Source: Owenia fusiformis (lineage: Eukaryota). From it: a stretch of 64,000 nt of DNA. A program made the position numbers and the translations under genes. Positions 48,535 to 60,818 of the stretch are shown here, piece by piece. Below the pieces are notes generated by a model, which saw only the letters and a list, made by a program, of their open reading frames with translations, was not told where the DNA came from and searched no databases. Every line of letters starts with the position of its first letter. The first letter of the stretch is position 1. The stretch covers positions 27,838,001 through 27,902,000 of the forward strand of contig CAIIXF020000001.1 in the NCBI GenBank assembly GCA_903813345.2, in the 5' to 3' direction.

Positions 48535-49225
48535 AGGAGCACGTAGGTTATCGCAAACAATTTTAGAAGGTTATATCTTGGATTATGACTATTTTCTGAC
48601 AATGAAGACATGTATATCTTTTAGATCAATTCATTATCTCAAAGAAAATTATATACAGTAATAATAAAGTCAAACAAACTCAGAGATATTTAACTAGCAA
48701 TCAACACACTTTTTCAAAGATGTTGACCCCATTTTCACCAAAAATGCAATCATTTTTTACAATGTTTAATGCATTTTTTTCTTTATTTTGATGTATCAAA
48801 AAGTTCTTGAGAGAAAAACTTAATTGCTTTAAGATAAGTGTTCCGCATGTTATTTGAAAAATCTCATGCTATACATTGGTTTCAGTTCATTTTGGTCATC
48901 CAAATTCAGTATCTTTAAAGTCCCTGGAGCAATCAACTTTTCCTTTTAGGAAATCGAACATGTCTCAAAGCACATTCTAATTATGCATTCAACAATATAA
49001 TAAAAGGTTGCATTTTTGGTGAAAATTAGGTCAACATTTTTGAAAAAGTATGTTGATTGGTCCATTGTCCCTTCAATATCACTCAGGTAACTAAATTAAT
49101 ATTATATATACTTTTCTTGAAGATAATGAATACATCTAAAAGATACACCCATGTTCATGATCAGAAAATAATCATAATTCAAGTTACAATTGTTTGAAAT
49201 TGTTTGCGATAACCTACGTGCTCCT
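48535..49225. mobile_element. Kolobok-like MITE with long imperfect inverted arms
   Basis: AGGAGCACGTAGGTTATCGCAAACAATT ... AATTGTTTGCGATAACCTACGTGCTCCT|TTAA; left flank ACAA. Confidence 0.7.
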
Positions 49226-49700
49226 TTAATTCAAATGTCATCTTGAGTAATTTATATTTTCTTGTTTCATGTACGTTTTTTAAATAGGCTCGACTGGCGG
49301 GGTACCATTATTGTTTGAGAAAATTCCGAGATTAACTCGATTTCACGATCGTTCGTCTTTGTTTTAACTAAGACAGACAAAAGAACAGAGAAAATTTACA
49401 AAAAGTTCATTTTTTGATTTGATATAAGACATGTTTTTGTTATTATTGGGCATTTTAATAATAGTAACACTTTCAAAATAGTGTTAAGATGGAACATCAG
49501 TACACAATAAGAGTATGAAAAGCATAGCCTTGAGGACACATTGTCGACTTCCATTGTCGTTTTGTTGATATGCAACCACTGTATTATCACTATCTAGGAA
49601 CTGTGTTTGCTTTAAATTAATTAAGTGAATGGTAAAGCAAAGCGATCCATGTCTGAATATCAAAAGGTAAAAATGTCATCTAGATGAATATAATCAAATA

Positions 49701-50794
49701 CGAGGGGTGATCAATAAGTAATGGACGCTTTTTTACACGGATGCTTTTTATTGACCAATCTCTTTGATTTTTTCACCAGTGATACATCATTCAATTATCT
49801 ATCAACTCTGAAGATTTGAAGACACGATATGTAATGCGTGTCGATATATGCTTGTTTTCGTGAAGGTGGTACATGTACACCGGGACCGACATTTACGTCA
49901 CATATTTTGAAGTTATGCCAATTTGGTATATCAGTTAGATTTGAACTTTTGATATGCCAAAAGAGTTGTGGTGTTTGCATATCATGCTACCTGTGGTAAC
50001 ACATAAAATATTACAGTATTGTGATGTCAAAATGTTGTATGGTCAGGGTTTGCAGGTTGATTTGAGAATGAACATTTGGAAAAAGGGGTTAGTAAGAGGA
50101 GGTAACACCATACTCCATGTGGACAATGCCCCTGCCCAAATGTCTCACCGAATCCATTCTCTGACATGGTAGCAAGCTGCAGTTGCACAGCTGGTTTTAT
50201 TTCATCAATTCAATGTCATTAAACCTGCATCCTTTATCTACAGAAATAAGTACTATAGAAATAAACAAGTCACGTGTGGCGAGATCATGACTAAAGGCTG
50301 CATGGGCCAAGGGCTTCATGTCCAGGGATATTGTATCCTGCATAGTTTGAGATATTTGGGCAGGGGCATTGTCCACTTAGAGTACAGTGTTACCTCCTCT
50401 TACCAACCCCTTTTTCCACAGTGCATTCTCAAATCAACCTGCAAATCCCTACCATACAACACTTTGACATCACAATACTGTAATCTTTTATGTGTTACCA
50501 CAGGTAGCATGATATGCAAACACCACAACTCTTTTGGCATATCAAAAGTTCAAATCTAACTGATATACCAAATTGGCATAACTTCAAAATATGTGACGTA
50601 AATGTCGGTCCCGGGGTACATGTACCCCCTTCACGAAAACAAGGATATATCAACACGCATTACATATCTTGTCTTCAAATCTTCAGAGTTGATAGATAAT
50701 TGAATGATGTATCACTGGTGAAAAAAATCAAAGAGATTGGTCCATAAAAAGCATCCGTGTAAAAAAGCGTCCATTACTTATTGATCACCCCTCG
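49701..50794. mobile_element. mariner-derived foldback element (~440-bp inverted arms)
   Basis: TA|CGAGGGGTGATCAATAAGTAA...TTACTTATTGATCACCCCTCG|TA; arms ~49701-50145 and ~50350-50794; transposase remnant ILHVDNAPA (cf. mariner LHDNAPAH). Confidence 0.88.
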
Positions 50795-53328
50795 TATAAT
50801 CAATTAATTGAAAGACAAACGTTTGTTCTTTGGAAATTCTTTGTCGAAATACTCCTCCAACAAATGAACCAATAAGGTATTGGGTAACAATATCATGATG
50901 GTCTCAGGTAACATACTTGTCATCAACAACCTGAATCACGTGATAATGTTAAAAGGGCGATTCCTGCGTCAACAACGACCTTGGGTTACACAATCCTCTC
51001 AATTAAAAAATTAAGTAACACTGTGAACTAATAAGACATATCCCGAGAATCAAAAACGTGACGTAATAGCACACAATAAAGCGACCTATGGGTGTTTTAA
51101 TCAAATTATGATATCGACCTTTTTATATTCAGCCAGCTTGTGAATACTTCAAACAACTCCTTGTTGACATAAAATGTTATGCTATTTTTCAGCCTCATTG
51201 GTTTTGTTATATACATATTAATTTGGAGTCAAGACAAAATAACATTTTGTAATTACTATCAGATACTAACTACTTGTTCTAGAGAAAGAGAACTAGTTTT
51301 CCTTACATGCTTTATAGTATCCAATATATTTTAAAATGTTGAAAAGGACTCACACTAGTATATAAGAAGACAATGGGAGACGAGTCAAAACAACGAGAAT
51401 CTATGGTTTTCTTCATCACAGGTTCTGCATGTACAGCGTAGCATTCAAAGTAGCACGCAGATCAATTCCAATTTGCAACTTGCAATTCTAAATCAATCTA
51501 GTCTCATCAAATTTAAATAACATCATGTTCTTTTATTGCTCCTATAAATCTAACGTAGACAACCGACAGGGTATTGTTGAGACCAAAGCTATTTAAGATG
51601 ACACTCTGATTCTGTAATAGCTAGGTCCAAGGAGGATTGGCTCCCAGAATGCAATCTCGATATTTTTCGACGATGAAAATGTCGTTGTTGACTGACTCTA
51701 AACTGGCTATAAATTCATAATCAGCTATCAAAAAATTCTGAGCTAATATCTTGATCACTTCTTGTGTTTAGAACTGCTTTGTCATGTAATAAGACCAAAA
51801 CACGCGATTCAAAATCTGAAGTGAAAAATGGCGTTTAGTTTTTTATTTCGTAACCATGACATTCTTCAAGATCGGGCTTATTCAAGCGGTAAATGGTTTG
51901 TTTAATACCCGGGGCTTAGTATATGTACCGAACGAAACGAAATGATAATTGTATTCTGGAAGCCAATTCCCTTGAGCTAGGTCGATGTAAAAACTTGAAA
52001 TTTTGGCATGTTCCTAACACAGAGACAGTAAAACCTGTGCTTGCGCACATACAGAAACACTTTCTCCTAATTAACTTATATGTTAATTTACGTTTTCTGT
52101 ATAGTGAAACCTATCAACCGTGAACATATATTTATATTTGCCGAAAAAATAAAATATTTTTTAATTGTCAAAAAATCCATCATTTAAGTGATAATTTTTT
52201 AAAAAGATAAGCAATTTTCCAAACAGGTACCTTGTGGTAATGATTGCTTAAAGTCTGGACAACAAAAAATAACACATTGCATGTCCATGAAATCAACATA
52301 TACATGTATGTCGCAGTCTCTAGTACAACAACAGATTTTTAAAATATCAATTATCGTAAACTGTCCCATATATACTGTATGTATGAAATACTGTGTTCGG
52401 ATTGGCTGGTATTGGACACACCTTGCCTACAGCTGCTTGCCTAGCCCTTTTTACTTATAACGCCCAAAAATAATATGATTCGTAAGCCTAATCATGATGT
52501 GGTGTTGTTTAACAAGGTCGTAGTACCTGTATATCAGGTATCTAATTCGCAAATTCGTTTTCTATTATGATTATTCGTGACCATGTTTTAAAGATTTGAC
52601 GGTCTCATTCAAATGGAATTAATTTCCCATTGTATTCTTTGATGATTCGATCCTTGAAGCAATCATCGAAGTTACATCATAATGAGCATTTTTAGAAAAA
52701 TAAAACACGTCGTGACATGTACTTGAATTGATCACTCACCGTAAGCATCTATATATGTGATAGAGAGACACTCAAGGATGAATTGATCATATCCTCGTCG
52801 ATGAAAATATAAACCCTGATCATGATACCGAGTGTTGTTAATGATAATGTTAACTTGCTTATTAATGATAATGTTAACTTGCTTATTACCCTCTGGATCT
52901 GCTATAAATAGATTCTTGACATACTTCTCAATTCACATTTTAAGAAGCGACATAAGTTCAAAAATCGAAAAAAGCGAAAAAACGTAAGTAATCATCAATA
53001 TCAGTCGACCACAATTAAGGTCAACATATTTATAGATAATACGATAATCCAAAACGAAGTTTTTTAAACGGCGCTTATATGTATAACAGCGTTTATATAT
53101 CACCACATTTAAGTGGTGACATATTTTCATCGTCTCTTTTTGTGACGGCGGTTGGCGTTGGCTTACTACTCCCAATATCTTAGCAAATACTGTTTAGACT
53201 GACTTCATTTTTTTCAAAATTATCTACAAGTTCTAAGAAATTCAAATCTGTTTTAGTGGTTCAATTTTTATATCACCCTTGCGTATCTAATAGTTATGCA
53301 AATTGAAATATGTCCAATAAAAGAAATT

Positions 53329-53635
53329 ATCGTATGATCTGTAAAATGAAGCTCTCTGGTTGGTCAGTTCTTGTGCTGTACCAATCTGTATTGCGACTGA
53401 GATTGTCCCCCTTGATCATCTCCGTCGCAATACAGAAAATATTGGTACGGAGGGGGCAATCTCAGTAACAATACAGAGGATCACACGATACAAACGTTAT
53501 TGAATGATTTGAAGTGCAATACAGGATATATTCTGTCTCGATATTCTGTATTGGCACTCGACTTCATCTCATTCCAATACTGAATTTCTCGAGCAGAATA
53601 TATCCTGTATTGCACTTCAAATCATTCAATAACTT
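53329..53635 (-). mobile_element. Hairpin-rich non-autonomous element
   Basis: ~135-bp near-perfect hairpin 53497-53632, plus nested inverted repeats in 53329-53490. Confidence 0.6.
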
Positions 53636-55259
53636 ATAATGCTATCTGTCCAAAACAAGAAAAGATATTTCACTCATATGCTTTTGTGATTTTATAACAT
53701 TGGGTCTATAGAGAATCTCCCCGAAATCAATATTATTTCTACTCGCATCTAGTCTATTGCCCAATTTTTTCAAAATCATCTACACGTTCTCAGAAGTTCA
53801 AATCTGACTTAGATTAAATATTGTGAGCAACTAGGTGGTGACATTTTGTCATCGTAATGCCTTGTTCCATTATATTACAACTGTTTAGCCAATAGCGGAC
53901 AGTTACAATAATTGGCAATACATCTATAAAAGTGACAATCATTTTCTTTCATGAAACATTTTATTACTCATGTGCTACAACTAGAAAAACATTTACATTT
54001 AACATTTATGAGGTGAATATTTACGTCGAAGCACAACTTGGAGCGAATAATGCCTTCCCTCATTATCGATTTATCACTGAACGAAACACTTAGTACAGAC
54101 CAGGTATTGTATCGACGAATAAATACCGGGCGAAATATTGACTTTTTACAGTTTAGAAGGCGTGAATACAGTCAGGTTCGAATGATGAATAAGCACAATT
54201 TGGAAACTCATCAAATGACCTCGTATTTAGGAATCTCAGACTTAGGATATGATCTTAGAGTCTTAGTCATAGATACTTTACTTTTGTCCACTCCTCAGAA
54301 TAGCAATTAGTATTTATGGTGTCACGACATGATTTAGATTTATTGGCTCATCATAAATGGATCAGCAATCCCATTTACTACCGTCTATATATTAGACTTA
54401 TAAGCTAATAGATGATCAGTAATTATTAAGCATTAGCACTTATTTTTCATTAGTTGAATGTTGCTATTAAGAATTACTTCACAATGACGACCGTCGGCCC
54501 GATTACATTTATAGACTCCGCAATGAAACCTAATCGAGTCAATCACTTCAAAAGAAAGCACATGATCACTGTATAACTCTAGTCTGTATTGAATTGATCC
54601 GAATTTTTGTTCTATGAAACCTTGCTCATCTGCGACAGGATAATCTTTTATTGGATTCTATTTCATCATATTAACAGTCTGCTTTGGATCGGTAATCTCA
54701 TACATGTTTCTGTTTGATCACACGTACGTCTTCTAAATAAAACGAGTACATTAGAAATAAAATAATGTAAATGGAATAACAGGTAACAATGAACTTTTAA
54801 TTGATATACAGCTGTATCTGCCTTATTTTTCGATCCCTAAAGCAACACACAAACACACATTTATAAACACTTTTCAATAGTATCAACCGATAAAAACAGC
54901 AATTTGCAGATTGACATAACTTTGTTAAAATTCTCAGTATGATGTGGCGGTGCGAAACTATGATATGGTTGATGAAATAAAAAGGTACCTGTCAACATAA
55001 TTGTTTACATTACTTAGTTTATGTGGATATACATGTACCGATTCAAATGGTTTTCAGAAGAAATGTAGCGATCCAGAAAAATCCAACAACAGGGGGTCAT
55101 CTCACTTCGTATCATCAGATAACAATCATAAGTTCAAATTTCATTTTGCTGATTTTCTCAATCGGTAAATTCATCTTTACTGAACCTTTTCACGATCATT
55201 GTGAAAAAGAAACTGTCATTTACTAAATTACTAGAGAGTATGGCTACTAAATATAAATT

Positions 55260-55540
55260 AACTAGAAAAACAGCAACTCCGCGGAGTGGTAAATCCCCAT
55301 CGAGCTGATAATGCGTGGCCATATTGAAAATCCCTTCTCGAACAGAGCTACTGCAGTGTCCCTAGGCATCAATATATAAAATCTGAACCAAATCCGTTCA
55401 CTGGTATTTGAGTTACCAAAGATTATGTTTTTACGAAAAATGGCGGCAATTTTGAAAATCAGTGGCCATCTCGAAAATCTCTTCCTGAGCAATGCTCCTT
55501 TGTCCCTAGGCCCCTAGAACTTTGTTCGGTGGGATAAAAA
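55260..55540 (+). mobile_element. Short Helentron/DINE-like remnant
   Basis: AACTAG start, AAAATGGCGGCAATTTTGAAA core, GGTGGGATAAAAA end. Confidence 0.4.
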
Positions 55541-56086
55541 GTGCGCATCAGTTGCTTTTGAGAAATCTTCCACAGAAAGTATTGCTATAGTATTATTAAA
55601 TTGATTTGAAAAATTTTGAAAAATGCAAGAAGTTCATCAGAGACACCATTCGAATCGATTTGTCGCCGAAAGGGAATACTGGCAATTTCCATTTTCATCT
55701 ATGAAGCGTTTCCATTTTCCTGGATTGAATTTGCGAATTGATTTTAGTACACATCTTTGTGCCGGTGAGCAAAAGTTTCCCGACACTTCGTAGCCATTAA
55801 AGGTTCGCTTATGTAAAGTTGAACCTGTATCACAATAAAGTCAATGGACTGAAATTTTTATTATTACCACCTTGCAGGGCCTGTTCTAGGGGTTTTAGTA
55901 CTAGTTGAGAAGGCATTTAAATTGCTATATTGACGTGAGCAATATTGTGTCGGGCGTTAATGACTTTAGTCGGGCAATAATGACATTATCCGCCCGGCTA
56001 TGTTTCCCGGGAAAAGTGATATCGTTCAGTGCGTAAGATTTTCTATTTCAAATTTGCTATTTCAGCCCTGGGCATTAACGGTGGTA

Positions 56087-56622
56087 ATAATAGTAATAAC
56101 GTCATTTCTGCGGCCAAAATAGTGAAATATTGGACCTTGGGCCCTTGGTCCAATATTGAACAAATATTTCACTCTATTGAGCTGAATACCTGTACATCTT
56201 TCACAAGTGATATTCCACGAAGCCCGAAGGGCAAGTGGAATATCACCTTGTGAAAGTGCTACAGGTATTCACCGAAAATAGAGTGAAATATTTGTTTTAT
56301 TATATCACTGTCTAGCTAAACATCCCTAATATTATTAAGTCATAGGTTAACATTGAAATACATTAAATCTACTCGGTTCGCCATTTTGACTTACATTGAT
56401 CTTAATTATTTACACTGAACGAAAACAAATTCTTTGAAAATTCCCGGGAGCGTGGGATATCGCTAGATATCTCACGGTTGTCTTATCTGATTAGTATTGC
56501 CATTGAATATCGCCAGATATCCCACGACATGTGACCCGGTTTTGACCAATCATACCGTCGCTAGCTAGATAGTGATATAATAATTCACTATATTGCCCTT
56601 TGAAATGACGTTATTGCACTAT
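56087..56622 (+). mobile_element. Hairpin element (GCCCGAAGGGC loop) nested inside a second palindromic element
   Basis: Inner stem 56161-56294 and TTATTATATCACT..CTAGCTA / TAGCTAG.TAGTGATATAATAA pair (56297-56583); outer AATAGT..AATAACGTCATTTC (56088) pairs with GAAATGACGTTATT..ACTATT (56602-56622). Confidence 0.65.
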
Positions 56623-57235
56623 TGTCGTTCTGAAAAAAATTGTATATCAGGTACAGATGACATGTGATTACTGATTAGATACAAATTGACCAGGTCTTGA
56701 TCTTCTGCATCAAGGGTACCCTGCGTGCAGAGTCTAGTTAAACTAGAAGACGAAGCTCTATTTTAAGAAGTGACGTCAAACGAATACAAAGGGTACATCA
56801 CAGTATGCCCCGAATATTCTAATATCTTCAAGAATGGACTTATACGTATAATGGTAATCATTTAATATTTATTTCATTTATTAGGTTCCGTTTTCTAATC
56901 ATTTCATTCATCATGATCATTTTCCGGAAAATTCTATTATCGCATACCAGTAATGAGCTTTTAACCAGATCTAAAGTCTTGTTATTCGGTTAAGATGTCT
57001 CCATTTAGCTAAAGTGGCTTTACAGTTTTATTTATAAAAAACATTTATCATTCTATTTAAATCAAGAAAGGAGTAAAACGGATTTAGTAATTTCTAAAAT
57101 GTTTCACATTTTTACAACTTCATGCTCTCATTCAGAAAAGACCAGAGAGGTTCTACCCAAGGGTTCAGTTGCACTGTTTATACTAACCAGAATATGGTGG
57201 TCTGTGAAAGAATGTTATAAGCAAATAACAGATCT

Positions 57236-57385
57236 TAATTCTCAAAGTATTATTCAAAATGATCAATTTGACTAAGTTGATTGAGAACTTTATTTCAATT
57301 TGATTTCCTTTAATTTCACATTCGTGAACATGATTTCCAAAGTCAAGTAAGCCTTATACTAAGTAAGCCAATAAGGGTGTCATAT
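57236..57385. repeat. ~150-bp dispersed direct repeat, second copy at ~59699-59846
   Basis: AATTCTCAAAGTATTATTC..AATGATCAATTTGACTAAGTTG.TTGAGAACTTTA...TAAGCCAATAAGGGTGTCA is shared. Confidence 0.75.
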
Positions 57386-58357
57386 TCACGGTTAGAATTG
57401 AGAAGATGGTTATCCGAGAAAGAAGGTTATATTGTATGCAAATCATTAGTATAATATAATTGTCCTTCTCTATTCATTTCGTTCGCATTGTCAAGCAGTT
57501 TAGAGTCTCATAACAAATTAATTAGACTTCATAATTGGGTGATACTTAAATATCTTTGTTTTGTATTTGATGCAATCATATGGATAATTTGCGTTATTTA
57601 TAACAATGTGTCTAATTATAGACACAATAGGGAGGTAATATTTACGACCTTCAGTGATTCCTGTCGAACTCACAGTTGGTATTTCGAGGAACCCAGTTAC
57701 ATCTACTTTTCTCATAGCTTTATCCCCGACCCGGCAGGTGAATATAACGAGGGGAGAACTAATCTCTGGATGACCATAATTCTACACGTTTACGTACAGG
57801 TTATTTTAAAAACGTGAAGCTTAACCTCTCTACTATTACCTGGAATCTAACATTTAGGTTCATGAATTTTACGAAATGTAATAGGAAAAATCGTATTCGA
57901 TGGACAGAGCAAAGTATAGTTTTGCCAGTTTAATTGGTACCTCATTGATACTCACAGCATCTTTCTGTTTCACCTGAAACATGCTCTGATATTATGAGGC
58001 ATATTCTGTGATCTGAGCACATCAGATGGGAAGAGTTATAACTGTCAATAATTGTCATTGTTATCATGTAATCACTTACTTTAATGCCAATACATTATAT
58101 GATAGGCATTGTATTTAACAGCAGATATTAGCACAGGCACATGTACACACGTTTTATGAGCTGGGATGAAAGATCTCAAAAATCCTCAATTTTGGGCTCC
58201 CCTGGATCGCCAAATCAAGCTCATCATATCATGGCATATTAGGGCTGAGACATTTTGATACTCATAGTATCTTTCTGTTTCCCCCATCTCAGGGCTGAGA
58301 AGAAATGAGATATCATGGTTCATCATGATGTAGGTACAGTGTACCTCAACAGGCATA

Positions 58358-58457
58358 GGCCCCGGGAACATGTATAAAATAGCGAGTCGACATCTGTATT
58401 ACTACTTCTTCAAGAAGACAGATGTCGACTCGCTATTTTATACATGTTCCCGGGGCC
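58358..58457. mobile_element. 100-bp palindromic MITE
   Basis: TA|GGCCCCGGGAACATGTATAAAATAGCGAGTCGACATCTGT...ACAGATGTCGACTCGCTATTTTATACATGTTCCCGGGGCC|TA, perfect 40-bp arms. Confidence 0.85.
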
Positions 58458-59171
58458 TACGTATGTCAACAGGCCTGGTACTCATACCATCCTTCCACAT
58501 TGTTTGCAATGCGTTTATTCCCAGAAAGGAGTCTGATAGAAACTAGAAAATCGTGGAATGTCTCGATGCCAACAGGCATTCGCTTACTTTGTCTTTATTT
58601 CCATAATCAAAAAGATGCTGAAAATTACAAGTTTATTAACTACCTCTTTTCACTATAGGCTAGTTAACATTAACAGATTAATCAAAGATCCAATTTATCA
58701 GATGTGCATTATTCAGGAGAGATAATAGGATGAGATTCAATAACAATTACCTATACGTTATTTCAAGTAATCTTTAGTCATATAAAAATTTGGTATTCAT
58801 TGGATTGCATCTCACCAGCATTAGTAAGTGTGGTCTAATTAATTTGGTTACTCCGAGTAAGTATGGCTGCAAGTACTCAAAGTGAGAGACAATTGATATA
58901 TATGAGCCAATAAGGACTGGAATCGATGGCCTACACGAACAATTGTGGTCGACAATTTGAAATATGTTTGACGGTAAATATGTAATCTAATGGCAATAAG
59001 AAATATTTTGAGAAAAGCACATGCCTATTCTTATAGATCAGACGAAATATAAGTTGAGCTGAAAGGTTTCGATATACCTCAAATCAGGGCTAGTCAGGGG
59101 TGCTGTAGTGTAAAAAGCCAGATACTAGACATTCATTGAAGGGGAGTGTGCAAAATCCAATGCCCTGTATG

Positions 59172-59475
59172 CACTGGCGGATTAGGGGGGGGGGGGGGGG
59201 GCTGCGGGCCCGCCCCCCCCCCCCTTGGGTGGGCCCAGAAAAAAAAATTGGGCCCAAAAAAATGTTGGGCCAAAAAAGGCCTTCAGGCCCCAATAAGTGG
59301 GCCTTTATGGTCATTACTGGGCCTTTAAGGCCTTATTTTTTAATTTCAGGCCAAATTTTGAAGAAAATGGGCCTCAAAATTTCAACAATTTTTTTTGCCG
59401 CGCAAGCGCGGACGTTTTTTCTCTGACTTGCAATTTGCCCCCCCCCCCCCTTGTTGATTCCAAGATCCGCCCCTG
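59172..59475. mobile_element. hAT-like GC-run MITE with 5-bp TSD
   Basis: GTATG|CACTGGCGGAT...ATCCGCCCCTG|GTATG; poly-G and poly-C runs, GGGCCC motifs. Confidence 0.75.
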
Positions 59476-60818
59476 GTATGTGTGGGAGTCGAACCAAGGA
59501 TCCTCCGCTCTGACGCTCTGGCTTGAGCAGCTGGGCTGGAGCATCCACCTGCTATCGAGGGTTATTACACTATGAATTGCCCGGGATAAATCGTCGTTTC
59601 CAGTTATGGGTTGAACAAGGAAATTGTCATAATGTTATATCGTGTTGTGCGTCATGTCACCTATAACCATTTAACAGGATCAATGTCAATGCCCGAATTT
59701 AATTCTCAAAGTATTATTCGCAATGATCAATTTGACTAAGTTGGTTGAGAACTTTATCCCATTTAATTTCCTTTAATTTTACATTTTTAACATGATTTCT
59801 AAAGTCTGCGTGAAGATCCACCCTGAATAAGCCAATAAGGGTGTCAAGCGAAAATTAAAATGATGGTACTTGACCGTAGCGGTTATACGGCAGTGAATGG
59901 TGCACTTAAGATGACAAAAAGCATGATTGCCTCGGATATGCTACGATTTGTGCACATGAGAAACGTTAAAATTGCATCAAGATTCAAATAATTTTTCTTG
60001 GAGAGCATACCCCTCACACTGGATTGGCGTTGGGTGGGTATATCACTCCAAATGTATATATAGCTCTTCGTCCTTGAGAGATAGTCTAGATATTTTATGA
60101 AATACAAATAAGTCAATTGGTCTTGAGAAATAATTTGGAGTATCTTTGTCCAATCCTTTCATTTTATTCATTTGTTCTCAATACATGCGCTCAATATAAT
60201 TTGATAAGGCAAAACCATCCTCACAAGTATGGCGGTCTTATAATGCAACCTAATTATAAATTGGGAGAACAAAATATTATTAAGTTAAAGTGGGTATAGC
60301 TTCTTTCACTTATTAGATTCAGCATTATGATATCTCATTACCCTACTGAGGAATAAAAGTGGGTTCTGTTATTTTGACTAATGATGAATAGTTTTGGGAA
60401 AAATCGTACATCAATGGTGGAACCTCCATAGAATTAACAATAATGCGTGGGACTCTGGGAACTCGATGGGGTACGTGATATTTTGCTCCATTGAGACATC
60501 TAATGAAATTAATCCTTCCTCAATGGTGGGGGAGGAAGGGTTGTGTGACCCTGCTTCTTGATGCGTTGGGTCGGGATATTGGGGTTTCTTTCACAAATTC
60601 TTGCAATATTTCATTTTCTCACTGAACGTTTTACTACTTTTTGGTATTTACTCGTTTGGCACACGTGCTTATATATTTAGGAACCCATTACCTGGTTACA
60701 TTGATGATTCTTTCCTCCCTCAGATAACCAAATAAACTGGTTTAGCCAATGGATATTAACTAATGAGATTGATTTATCTTTTAAAATGTACTTTCAGATA
60801 GTTTACTTCATTTTCTCA

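Noticed and set aside
59090-59575. Gly/Pro-rich ORFs
   Set aside because: They arise from G and C homopolymer runs of a MITE.
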